From the NCBI RefSeq assembly GCF_006345805.1, contig NW_021829832.1:434001-498000 (forward strand): a stretch of 64,000 nucleotides of DNA, in the 5' to 3' direction. Positions 39,811-52,403 of this stretch are shown one piece after another. A program made the translations under genes and the position numbers. A model generated the notes under the pieces. It made no database searches and was not told where the DNA came from. It worked only from the letters and a program-made list of their open reading frames with translations. Position 1 is the stretch's first letter. Every line of letters starts with the position of its first letter. The DNA is from Octopus sinensis (taxonomy: Eukaryota).

Positions 39811-40131
39811 TAGACAAACTGCGCCAATCGGCAAAACAGATATTGTTATTTTATTATTTTATTTTAATAATTTTATTAAAAAGAATATATTTTTAATTTA
39901 TATTTTTTAATTAGAAAATTTTTATCATCCCGATATACATTGAACCGCAAAAAAGATTACACGCTCCCTTGAAAGTCTAATTTGTTAAATCCTTTTTGAG
40001 AAGAGTTCTTCATTAGAGAGTATTAAGTTAATTAAATAGTTTAATTAGTTTTGTTAATAATTTGGTTTAAATTTATTAACTAATAAATTAATTTAGTTTA
40101 GTCGCTTGTGTGGTCATATAAAATATCAAAA

Positions 40132-40504
40132 ATGAAATCGTTTGAGGATTTTGTAATAAAACTTGAAAATTTAGAACCTCTGGTTGTCATTGACTGATCC
40201 TAAATTTTAGATCCCCGATAATGTGACTTTATATTTCCTCCATATGTGTGGCATCGGGGACATTGACACGAGACTGTCCTCATTAAATTTTACTACTTTA
40301 GACTCCGAGTCATTTCTATCGCATCCCAAAAGTACATTGGAGACATCGTTAGTTCTGCCCTCCAAAATTCCAAACTCCGAACAAAGCAAAAAGTCGATCA
40401 TTTTATCATTTTAGGGTGGAAAGTGCACTTTGTCAGTTCAGGATTTGGACGCCGCCATGTCGGATACTGGTGACCGCATTCTCTCTGCCCCTTATTTTGT
40501 CTGA
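40132..40504 (+). CDS. TAF10: TFIID subunit TAF10 (3 mini-introns)
   Basis: MKSFEDFVIKLENLEPL|IPDNVTLYFLHMCGIGDIDTRL|LRVISIASQKYIGDIVSSALQNSKLRTKQK|GGKCTLSVQDLDAAMSDTGDRILSAPYFV*. Confidence 0.9.
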
Positions 40505-40719
40505 TTTGTTTATTAACAATTGCTCATTTATTTGTTCTTTACTTTCCCGAAAGTTAATTCCTGATCCGCAGGGCTGAAAATAGCTAAAAGACAGAGTGCG
40601 TGTCTCAAGGCTTTATTAGTGGGTTTACATTCTATTTTTTATCTTAATATTGGAATCAGAAATATTTCCCTAGGGGCTATAATTAGTTAATTACATTAGT
40701 CACTCTTAAATTTCTTTTT

Positions 40720-42100
40720 AAATTCTGAAAAATCTCCGTGAAGTAAAAAAACAAGATTGAGCAATGGAAAACAAGGATGGGTTATCAGTTTGTTGATATA
40801 AAGAAAAAACATGTATGATTATTTAAACAGGTTATTTATGCACGAGACAAAAAAGGGATTTCGATCATCACAAATTTAAGGTTAATCAAAAGACTTTGAG
40901 GATTTCAGAAAAGAAAGATTGAAAATGTTATTCCAGTAGATGATGAGTGTCAAACATATTAGGAGAACATGTTGTGTAAAAACAGTTTTGTGTTGGCAGA
41001 CGGTGGGGATTAAGAAAAGAATGACTGGAGTGTAAATATTTGCCAAATTAAAGGTCTGTGTGCCGTCTCTCTATAAACTGTTAAAAAATATGTAAATACC
41101 AAACATGGGGAATTCATGAAGCTTTTGATCTCCTAATCAGTTGGGAAAGAGGAAAATGTCCTGATGAACAAGCAACAAATAGATAAACAAAGCAAATTTT
41201 TATAAACAGTATTTCACGTGGATCGATTTTAAGAAGATCATAACTTTTTAAAACAAATTTGTGAAATATCTTGTTTATCTGGATGAATCGTAAAATTTGA
41301 GTGGATGGTTACTAAATTTAGAGTCTAAGGCTAAATAACAAATTAGTTTTGCTGGGAAATCTTGCAAAGATGTAATTGTCAAAATAATAAAAATGTTTGT
41401 CGTTATTTTGGTGCAGTTGGGTTCGGGAAAAATCTGAAAAATTCATCCACAATTGTTTGCAAAATAAGGAATCTAAATTTTTAACTTATTGTTGGGGTAA
41501 CATATTCTAAATTTTACAACAAGCGGAAATTGAAATAATGAAAAAATGCGATTTTTTGTCCAAAAAATTAGAATTAACCTATTAGTTTAACAGGGATGAC
41601 TATCGCTAAACATCAAAGAAAGGCCACATCCATACAGTCTTTTAGTATATAGAAAACCCTTGTGATCTTTATTATAGAAACAAAGTTGATTCATTGAAAG
41701 AACTTTTGAATTGGAGAAGAATATGTATCACCAAATAGATATGAGACTATAACCTTGCCATTGCCTGTCAGCACATCTCAAAGAAACTTTGGTCAGCAGG
41801 CTTGCTTAACTAAGAGACTATCAGGATATATAAAGTAATTCTCAGATAAAAAGGATTACATAACTAACTGACTAAATAAATTCTCCACACAGCACATTTC
41901 CCAGTGAGATCTCTGTGGGCTACCAGTAATGACTGCCTGTTTTTTAAATAGTTATAAACAAATTCTGAACTAAACTAGAAATGTCAGAAATTAGCGTACA
42001 GTGTCTTGCTGGTTATAGTCAGGCTGTGGTTTGTTTATTGGTTAATTAAAACTGATAAAATATTTTTCTGACGTACTAATGGAATTGATTATGTGGAATT
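40720..42100. mobile_element. Highly eroded transposon debris (RT-like, possible Tc1-like and hAT-like fragments)
   Basis: Fragments FVDIKK (RT), YLVYLDES (Tc1/IS630-like) and LPVSTSQRNF (hAT-like) sit among many stops. Confidence 0.25.
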
Positions 42101-42319
42101 AATTGCTTAGATAAGTATTAAAGTATCTTAAAAATCAATTGATTTTAAATTTAGAAAATGTTTTTATTTATTTATTGTTACTTTTCGTTATAATTTTTAT
42201 CAAATTATTTTTTGGAACTTATTCTTTTAATAAAATGTCAAAAGTTATTTTTTAATTGAAAATAAAATCAAAATACTTAATGATATTAAAATCTTGTACA
42301 AAATAGATTCTGGTTACTT

Positions 42320-43361
42320 ATGCTGGTTACTTATAATCCAAGTCAGTATTATTTAGGCCAATAATGAGGACAACGTAACAATAAAAAGAAAAATACATTC
42401 TTCGGATAGTTCGGAAATCTCCGTTCCGAAACAGAATTACTTAATTAGCTTCGATCTGTTACCCCACTGGCTCAAAGACAACGAATATCTTCTAAACAGT
42501 CACCGCCCTCCTCTTTACTCTCACATTGCCTGTCTTCTTTCTTGTTTTCGTCTCCACACCGAAACCTTCAACATTTGGACTCATTTTGTTGGTCAGAATT
42601 TTATTGTATTTTTGAAGGATTTGTCCTTGTTTTGACTATGACCTTACATTTTCTTCTCACTGGGTCTGAGTCTTTCGCCATGTCGGACTATTTTGTTTAT
42701 TTGATATTCTTTTCGAGTGCAATGATATGTCTGTCTTTCTCCACCATATTCCACACAATGATGTGCCACTCTGAACTGTTGAATAAAATATATAATCGGT
42801 AAATTGATGACTTGTATTTGGAGAATTGACTATTGTGGAATCTCTGTTCTAATAACTGGCTCGTTTGTGTCTAAATTGTTCTATTTTTATTATTTCACTC
42901 ATTTTCGACTATTTCTGACCTATTCTCTGCTCATCGTGTCTCTCGGCTTTGTCTGTACTGCTATTTCATTCTTTCCGTTCTTTTGTCATCCTTCCAGACG
43001 AACTCTCAGAGCGAGTGATTCTTTTTGTGGATAATTTAGGTTTTTATATTATTTTTGGGCTTTCTGGGACTTTCCCGACTGCCCACTACATTTATATAAA
43101 TGGGCTTTGGTTTTCATTGAGGACGAGTTCGGTGGATTGGGTCCTCATTGAGGCTTTTCTTTACATAGCGGGGGCAGTGATTTACACTGTTCGAATTCCT
43201 GAAAAACTATTTCCTGGAAAATTTGATATTTACGTAAATTGTGAAGCTTATATTTCTAGTGTCACAGTCATCAGATTTTTCACGTTTTTGTAATTGGAGG
43301 AATTCTGGCTCATTATTATGGAATTAACAAATTGGTCACTCATCTATATAATTTAAACTAA
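42320..43361 (+). CDS. ADIPOR: Adiponectin receptor/PAQR family protein
   Basis: LPHWLKDNEYLLNSHRP, FRLHTETFNIWTH, STIFHTMMCHS, IDYCGI, RIPEKLFPGKFDI and SHQIFHVFV. The start codon is tentative. Confidence 0.9.
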
Positions 43362-43489
43362 CTTATAACAATGATGTATTTAGAATAATTATTTTTTTAG
43401 TCTATTCTAGTTTTAAAAGTTATGATATACATTTTTATTATAGGGTTATTGATACTGTCGGTACCGGTATCGGGACTATGATAAACATT

Positions 43490-44280
43490 CACGGTACTTT
43501 TTGTGACACATCTGAGAGTGGCATTCAGAAACTTCAGATTATTAATTGACAACTTACCTCAAATTGAAGTGATGTATCCAGATGATATCGACTATATATT
43601 TAGCAACGAGAAAACACGAAACCATATACAAAAAAGGATGCAAGATGACCTAAAAAAATGGTTTATCAAAATTTATGTCGAAAAGTCGGAGGCAACAACT
43701 ATACACCGTGAATTAACTTGAACTGATAAAAAATAGAGATACTGTGGAAAATTAGGGTCGCTGCTCGGAGATCCTGAGGATATCACTAACAGGAAAATAT
43801 TGGCCGTCGCGGACTTCACAAAATAGAAGCAGTCTGGATTCCTCGTAAACAAATCACCACACAATTACGTGTAAGACTATACAATGCCTTCGTAAAGCCG
43901 GTCCTAATGTACAATGCAGTAACCTGGGGAGTCTTGTAAGTCTTCGTAGACAAACTAGGTTTCTTCCTTTGTAAACAACTCTGACTGTTGCTTAAGATTA
44001 AATGGGCAAAAAAATAACAAACAAGCATCAATGCAATACCACTGAGAACGGATTTCACTAAATCAAGATGGCGTCTATTTGGTCACATTCTTTGGATGGA
44101 CCAGTATAGCAATAGAAAACCATTTCTGCCTAGAAGTGAACAACTCGTTCCCTAGAAGACCTGGCTTAACTTTGACAGAGGTCCTACAAAGGATCTGACC
44201 AATGTAAGACGAAAGGTAAAAACGAGTGATGATTTGATATGTTTAAAGAAATAGAAAAAAACCGTAGATCCGGGAGGAAA
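43490..44280 (+). mobile_element. RTE-like LINE remnant (copy 3)
   Basis: EVMYPDDID, KLGSLLGDPEDITNRK, RLYNAFVKPVLMY and SRWRLFGHIL. Confidence 0.75.
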
Positions 44281-44829
44281 TTAGTTAAAAGAATTGGAAA
44301 AGAATTTAATCAAATAAATCACTGTTGCTTCTTAGAAAGTGCTGATAATAATTGATACCACAATTAAATTAAGAAAAAAATATGCAGATAAATTATGACG
44401 TTTAAAAATTAAAGATAAGAGCCTCATTTTTTGATGAAGTGAGATTTCTGTTTTTAGGCATGTGAAATAAGGAGAGCAAAATTCGGAAAATCGTCGTCCT
44501 TTAACTTTGACACTGTCAATAATGGATTGTTATCAAATAAAATAATAATGTATGGTTTGTGTAATTCATTTATTTTGGAAAAAAATCGTCACCAAAGGTT
44601 TGATTCCAATATCTCAAGATTTTCTCCATTAACCAACTATTACACTTATTGTAGATTGGGGCATATTTAGATAAAAACTAATTTCTTTCTCAGTTAACTG
44701 AATGCTTCATAATTAGATATTTTTGTAAAAACAGATGCTGAATTTTTTTTCATAAATTACTCTTACTTTAACACAGCTCTTAGTTAATTGTTGCAGGGTA
44801 GTTTAGTTTTATCCTTAACAGTTGTGATC

Positions 44830-45150
44830 TTCCACTTGATGAGAAAACCTTTGGAAAGTTTTATAAAGGTTGTAGGTCTGGAGCTCAACTACAACAAGTC
44901 GGCGATTAACACCTCTTGTGTAGTGACCTAATCAAAGTCTTGGAGGAGCCCCAAGTGTATAAGTATCTGGTGCGGTTGAGAGTCCAATCTCATTAATCAC
45001 ACCCGAAACGAGAAAATTTAAAGCAGAATGTGCAAAGTAGAGCAGTAATGTTATGTAAAACTGACCTCAATGCACGGAACTTATTTCATGGTTTAAACGA
45101 GTACGTAATCTCACTAGTAAACTACCACGTTAAGGAAATTGAATTGCTAA
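44830..45150 (+). mobile_element. R4/Dong-like RT remnant
   Basis: YKYLG-like segment and KTDLNARNLFHGLNEYVISLVNY. Confidence 0.55.
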
Positions 45151-45654
45151 TTGACATAATCAAATAACGAATGCCATAACAGGAAAACAAAAAAATGTAT
45201 CTCTAATATTTTTATACCAGAATAATTATTCTTTGCTAAGCAGATTTTATTGACTTTAACTTGCCATAGTAACAATCTTAGTGCTAATCCAAAGAATTAA
45301 AAAAATATTTTTTTGCATCAATATCCAAGATATTCGAAATCATTGAATTTTCTAAATTAAAAAGTTGTTAAAAGCCTTATATACAAAAAATCTAATCACT
45401 AACAATATTTTCAGCTAAAATTTAACCTAAATAATTTATTTTAAATATGCACTGTCAAACTAAAATTTTTTAAATTTCATGCTTTAATTTAAGATTCATT
45501 TTCATAATGGAACCAGATGTCTTACTCTTGTAAAAATAAATCAAAAATAGTCTCAAAACTCGACCTTTATTAGATTATTAAACGAATATATAAGCATCCG
45601 GGAAGAATAACAAAATCCAGAACTATAAATAGAAAAATCTTTTCAAAAACACAC

Positions 45655-48513
45655 CTAATCACTTTCCTCCTCGTCGTCATCATCATCTTCCTCCTCGTCG
45701 TCCTCATCTTCAGATTCTTCCTCTTCCTCCTCATATTCTCCGTCCTCATCACTCTCTTCTTCATCTCCCTCGTCTTCCTCACTCTCTTCCTCAGACTGAG
45801 CTTTAAACGAACTCTCAGGCTCAGGAATCACTGGTAAGACACATTTTGGGGTCCTTAAAGTATGGTCAGTCAGTTCAGTCGCCCAATCGGGTATATTTGG
45901 TTGATATCCCAGCACATTATGTCCCAGAATAGACGACATGGTCAGGAGTTGATATTTCTGACGATCCTTGAATTCTGACTCAAAAACAGAGTGAGGCTTC
46001 TTTCCAAACAAAACCAGTTTCCTCATCCTCTCTGCGGCAGGAGACATTTTTTCATCAGCAGGAAGTTCATTGAGCGACACGACATAGAACAAAATTCGCA
46101 CTCTCTCGCGCAGAAAATAGCATTCGTCGTACTTTGCCAAACTCAAAACATATTTTGCCAGTTTTAAACACTTTTTTGGACACACAACAGCCAATTTGGA
46201 GGCAAGGTTCACAATTTGGAGTTTAACTCCATCAGGCTACAGATTAACCGCGGAAATACCTCATCGACGAATGAGAGAGCACACTTTCTTAGCACGTCAG
46301 GCGCCCATTTCTTAATGTGAGAACAATATTCGGCAATGACCCACAACATGCTAATTCGTGCCTCAGGGTTGGATATCCTGTCAAGATATATCACAAACAA
46401 TTTTAAAATAGAGACAAGATCGACTCCCTAAACACTCAACACAAAACCCCACCTCTGATTCCAAAACATTCCTAATAACCACCGTAGTTTCAGATATCAA
46501 CACATCTGCCACAATAAACAAAAATACAAACCACTTCGCTTAGAAAATATTTTAAACAGGAGTATTGTGAAAGCAGCTGTGACCGCATCGTTGAGAGTAA
46601 TGACTCTTCCAATAGCACGGACAGTCAGTAGTGCAAGATCGACGTCCCCACAGTCCAAATAAGAAGTGAATTCATTGACAATCAAGTAGTAGTTATCCAC
46701 GTTCATCATGGAAACGATTATTTCGAACTAATCATGACCAAACAAGAACACCTTCAGTTTCTTTACAGCAATGGAATCACCAAAATTAATAAAGAATGAC
46801 TTGAGATAGGGCACAAATACTTGTCTCCGATTTGGAATAGCACCAACAATAGTATTGAGGACTGCAAACTCAGCAGCACTGACAAAGTAGGTCAGTCAAG
46901 TCCCACCTGTTGTGAAGAGATATCAGAATTAGATATTTGACTGATTCCGAACAGTACTCGTCGGGACCACAGTAGTACATCAGCTTGAACACGCTGGTTA
47001 TGACCTGAGGACAGTCACCCTATAATTACTAACAGCGTAATCGTCGGTGTGAAGGAGATTTAGGCAACTTCTAAGCATTAGACTGCGGTCATTTTCGAGG
47101 GATTCCGCGATTTCTTCCTCTGTGTTTTCCGGGGATTCATCATTTGAACCATTTTTGGTCATTTCATCGACAACAGTAGGCTGATTGGGACTATCGGTGA
47201 TGTTAAGTTGATCAAGGTAGTCCGTAAATGACTCGTTTACGGATTGATATTCTGTACTTTGATTCCCTTCTTGTGTTAAAATTTCGTTCTCGTGCTTTGA
47301 AGCCGTTTCTGAGTTAATTTCAATTTTTGAGTCAATTTCTGGAGGCAATTCACAAGTTTCTGAGTTAATGTCAACTTTGGAGTCAATTTCTGGGGGCAAT
47401 TCACAAGTTTCTGAGTTAACTTCAACTTTGGGGTCCATTTTTGGGGGCAATTCAAAAGTTTCTGAGTTAACTTCAACTTTACAGTCCATTTCTGAGGACA
47501 ATTCTTTAGAAGGTTTGAGATCTGAAGACAAGTCTTGTTCGAAAACTTTGGGATCTGAAGACAAATCTTGCTCTATTCCATCAAGGAACTCATTTTGAGA
47601 ACTTTTTGATATTTTGGAACAATTGGGATCAGTAAAAAATGTTCGAGAATAAAGTATAAATGCTTCTACAATGGCTTCCTGGCCACATGAAGATGCCTGA
47701 ATAGCAAATTTGCACAATTTGTGAAAATGCTGGTGAAGAAGCGAAACCCGTTCAGGACAGATTTTCAAAAAAGCACGAATTGCATCTCCAAAAACAGCCT
47801 AAACAAAAATCAGCCCAAAAATCAAAACCGGACTGGAATCGTCCAAAAGTCGACACATATACTCAATCAAAATGTCAGAATTCGCAGAATCAAATCTGCG
47901 GATTTTTATCTCAAAAAATGACTTGAATATTTTTATAATGGCCAATGCCGCTGAACTGCGGACGAGGATGGAAGAATCCGTGAGTGCGTCCTCCACGGCG
48001 GAATACACCACGGAAAGAACACTCGAAACATGGAGTTGACTAAGGACTCTGAGGGCATCGGCTCTGACGACTGGATCGGGATTCTGAAACCGGAAAAATA
48101 AAACAGGAAACCTTCATTTGACGTCTCAAAGAGGATACGACAAGAATAGTTTCCTCTTGAAACAAGGAGGCGTAGTGAGTGAGATAAATGTACACCATTT
48201 TGCGAATCTAGGTCGGTTAGGCAGTGGGGACAACGTGAGCATCGTCGTGGGACACGTTTTTGATCACGGAGACAAAAAGATGGGACATATCGACCCCAGA
48301 ACACATGTACTAAGCAATAACGTGATTTACTGACGTGAATTAAACTCCGAAGTGCCATTCTCTTGATGAATGTTTTGTTGGATTCAATGTTTAATTTGAG
48401 CTCTTCTTTGGACAGGAAGGTGCTTTGGGAAGATGATGGACATTGGGGACCAACCTGATGTTCAGACTGTCGGCAAAATCAATTAATTTGTTCTTAATAA
48501 AATGATTTCGCAT
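45655..48513 (-). CDS. AP3B1: AP-3 complex beta subunit (trunk + acidic hinge, no recognisable ear)
   Basis: ELKLNIESNK, SHLFVSVIKNV, IRKMVYIYL, NPDPVVRADALRVLS, ARISMLWVIAEY, DVLRK and a D/E-rich tail. Confidence 0.9.
47305..47585 (-). repeat. Coding tandem repeats within AP-3 beta: about 4 x 51 nt (17 aa) plus about 2.5 x 33 nt (11 aa)
   Basis: GTTTCTGAGTTAA recurs at 47305, 47356, 47407 and 47458 (51-nt spacing), encoding VEVNSETCELPPEIDSK-like units. EQDLSSD units are adjacent. Confidence 0.9.
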
Positions 48514-48680
48514 GGACCCCACTGGAATTTTTAAATGATCTCATTTAATTGACCGATAAACAGAATTATATTAAATAACTAAATATAAATCAACGTAAAT
48601 TAATTAAAAAAGATTTTTAATTAAAAAAAGATTATATCGATCACACTACGCATATTTGGCCCTTGTGAACTTAATTTTCC

Positions 48681-49455
48681 ATGACATCTTCGGACGCAAT
48701 TTCTTGGGTTGAGTGGTTCTGTTCTCAGCCTGGCAACGACGTTTTCTGTCAGGCAATACTTTACTCTCTCAAAAACCCACCAGATCGACGAGGAGTACAT
48801 CCGCGACCGTTTCAACTCCACCGGCCTCAACGAAATTGTCCCCGATTTTGAACACGCCATGAACGTCCTCCTCGATTTCAGCGACGGTAAGGAATTTGAC
48901 TCATTCAGACTCGACGGACGTGGATTCGTCCATGGACATTGAGACCAGTCCCTCACTTTTGTACGGAATGCTCCATTCTCGCTATATTTTGACCAATCGG
49001 GGAATAAATAAAATGGCAATTCTATTTTTATGTCATTTTTAGATTAGAAGTTGGCAAAGTGGTGTTTTTGGTCGCTGTCGTCGATTCTACTGCTCCGACC
49101 AGCATCTTTTGCCAATTGGTCATTTTTTCTCACCAACACAGGCCTTTCCGACATTCCTCAGACCCACTCCGTTAAGATGTACTGTCCAAAATGCAACGAT
49201 ATTTATTTGGCCAAGTCCTCGATCTACCAGAGCATTGATGGAGCTTTTTTTGGCACTGGATTTCCGCATATGCTTTTTTTGGTGAACCCTCATCTTCGTC
49301 CGGACCCTCCTTCTGTTCACTATGTTCCGAGGTTGGTTTGGATTTTGAATTTTAGGCTTTTTGGATTTGAGATTCATCCCCAGGCGTTTGAGAAAAAGTC
49401 CATTGCTAATTCTCCTACCGAGACTGACGACTTGGTGAATGGAGGACGTCTATAG
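48681..49455 (+). CDS. CSNK2B: Casein kinase II beta subunit
   Basis: [24 protein letters not shown]|[33 protein letters not shown] and [11 protein letters not shown]...[13 protein letters not shown]. Two introns are GC-AG. Confidence 0.95.
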
Positions 49456-49879
49456 TTGATGTTGTCTTTAGCTAGTTTTTAATTATTTTATCAGAGTTGA
49501 TAACATTGATGTTTTTTAGATTTATTGCATTTGCGGAGTACTTGTAGGGAATTGTGGTATGATAGAAGTGTTGTGGCTTTCTTAGCCTGTAGGGTTATTG
49601 TTAGTTATACTGTCTTCAAAAATGTTTTCAGAATTCGACATGAATCAGTTTGACTTAATTAATGCAATTTTTGCGAATAAAAGTTAATTAAGATTCCACT
49701 TTTGTTATGCGAATCAGGATACATCCTGTTAGTCGTTTTCACTCTCCTGCAAGATCTTAGATCATCTAATGATTTTATTTTTCTTCTAATCGACTTGTGT
49801 TTATAGTCGAGTGTGATCGGTAATGTTTTTTTGTCGGTTCTGATATGTTGTTTTGTTTAGTAAGTAGATGTACGATTCC

Positions 49880-50440
49880 AGCAAATTACTAGGTGTAGTC
49901 TTAATTGTTTTGCATGTCCAAAGAGCAGCCACTTCACGGATGTATAATAATTCTTTGTTGCTCATCTTTTATGACCAGCAAATTTTTAGGAGTAATCTTA
50001 ATTGTTTTCTGTGGAAAGAGCTGAGCTGTTCTTGTTTTTTAGCGGTTAGACCCCGGTTCCCCGCGTTGTAGACCAGGATTGGTTCGATAAAGGTGTTGTA
50101 TAATCGAATTTGAAGACGGGCTTTTATGTACTTGCACCTCATTCAGATCGTCCACATTTTTTTGAAAGAGAGACAACAGTCAGTACTTTCTTTCAAATAA
50201 CATTTTCCGAGTCTCAATGGAAAGATACAACTTTCTTGCATGTCCTTCATTTTTAGTTCCGTAAAGGATATGGTAGTTATTTCCGTTTTATCTGAGTTTT
50301 ACAGTCCTTCAACGATCGAGAGATCACTTTTAATAATTTTTCCAGTGAGTTCTGATCTCGACAGACGAAATCAACGTCGTGGGTGTAAATTACTTCCATA
50401 ACGTTGATAAAACATTTATCTTTCCTTTAGGTAAATTATG
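49880..50440 (-). mobile_element. RTE-like LINE remnant (copy 4)
   Basis: EVIYTHDVDFV and ARLQIRLYNTFIEPILVYN on the minus strand. Confidence 0.65.
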
Positions 50441-51080
50441 AATAAAATCGGAGATAACAAGTCGGTCTGAACTGCGTCAGTGTCGGTTTTTAAAGACATT
50501 TTATTGAAACTTCATCGATGCTTTTTACACATAGATGTATAGTTTCAAATTTCATCGATGTATAGCTTTTTACACATTGATGTGTTGGTGAGTATTTTTT
50601 GACTTTGCTTACTTAAAAATTCCCCTGTGAGTGTTATACGTCGAATAAATAGTCCCCTCCTTCAAGACAAGGAGGAATGTCATTACCTGAAGAGTGACCA
50701 TTCTCCATGTCGTAATAGTTAATATTAGAATGATGGTTTTTGTAAATTAGGAAATAAATAAATTTATTGTAATATTCAATGTCTGAGGCAACTTACTTTA
50801 AAATTGAGTTTATACAGGAAAACATGAATACTTGGAGTCATAAAGTTTAGCTTCTTAAAAGTCTAAAATGATCTGTCAAAACTAATTTAAGTTTTGAAAA
50901 TCTTTTTTAAAAACATATGAATTCAATTTTTTATTCGATGATTAAAATAAGTCAGTTTCCTCAAGGAGTAATCAGAGATAATTTTTCCACAATTCATCGA
51001 GATTATTCTTGCATAAATAATTATATAATTTAAATGAAAAATCATATAAATTAAATGATTACATAAATTGCGCGTCTATC

Positions 51081-52152
51081 ATGAATCTTGACTGTGGTGG
51101 CCTGTATTCAATTCCAAAATTAATACCTCTCCTTAAAGGTGTCTTAGTTCTTCATATAATGTCATTAGATTCTAAAAAATATTTAACCAGGCTGCAAAAT
51201 GAAATTAAAAAATCAAAATCAGACACAATTCGATCACTCTCTGCCCTCGAGGATATCCAGTACTTTGCTAAATAAACCACCATTAGAACTGAACTGCGTA
51301 AGGGGACTTCAATTGCAAATAAACTTCGTAGAGAAAACACTGAAATAATTAATCTCAAGAAAAAAATGTCGCCAGTCCGCGATCCTGTGGATGACTTGTC
51401 CTTCGACAACACACCTCCAATCAAAATCGCGAAAACCTTCGACACTCATTTATTTTCGGCCATTGTATTTATCATAATAACGTCACAAGATGGCCTGTGT
51501 TAGAGAAATTGAGCTGAGGGGACGAGATCATCCTCAAGTTCATCTCAAAACTGGGTCGGCGGGTTTTCTTTATTTTAGATCTTTGAAAAATGTCCAAAGA
51601 TTGGAGAAAAAATTATTATCGGCTGAGAATTTAGACTCACTGTTGATGAATGAGGATCTCACTGTCATATCTTCTTGTCTGAAGGAATTGCTGAGGCGTG
51701 TCTCAGTTCCTCTAATCCCTCTGGATTCTAAAATAGTCTTCCTAGATATTCTCAGTGATCCATTTTTTGTATTTTGTAGAATTGAAGAAGAATGATCGAA
51801 GTAATCGGATTATCGAGTTGTGTGGACTTTTACCTCTGGAAAATAGAAATGCATTGGCACTTTTGATGCTGCATGTCAAGACGTGGACGTGTTTATTGAC
51901 CATTTTAGGGTTTTGAAATTCGAGAAGTGGAATGGGGACTCAGTGTGTGGTGCCTTCGTCTCCGTCGTTCTTGGGCATTCCGAGTGTAGTAATCGAGAGT
52001 GGAAGGATAAGGAGTTGATACAAGTTTTCGTGTCGCAAACATGTTTGGTGTGGAATTCGATAATCAACAGTGGAGCTAACAGTAGTTTTGTTCGAGACAG
52101 ATTCTTAGAGTTTGGAATGCAGGGACTCCTCGGTAGTTATATCAAATATTGA
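51081..52152 (+). CDS. RACGAP1: Divergent RacGAP1/CYK-4-like protein (coiled coil + RhoGAP)
   Basis: N-terminal coiled coil, then ACVREIELRG, EDLTVISSCLKELLRRVSVPLI and LPLENRNALALLMLHV. About 6 mini-introns. Orthology is tentative. Confidence 0.6.
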
Positions 52153-52403
52153 CTTATTCTTTTTTAATTTCTAATCACATTTGTTGTCCTTGATATGTAG
52201 GTCATTTAAGAAGGCTTGGTATGACAGATTGCATCACTATTTTTGAATAAAATATTTTAAATTATACAAATTTAGATTATTAAAAGCTATTTTGATTTAA
52301 TCTAGCTGTCTGGCCTAGTTTACTACTTTTGATAAATTAATTGTCGAAATGTTAGTTGTATCAATGATATATAATTTATTGTTATAACCAATTATTAAAT
52401 AAA

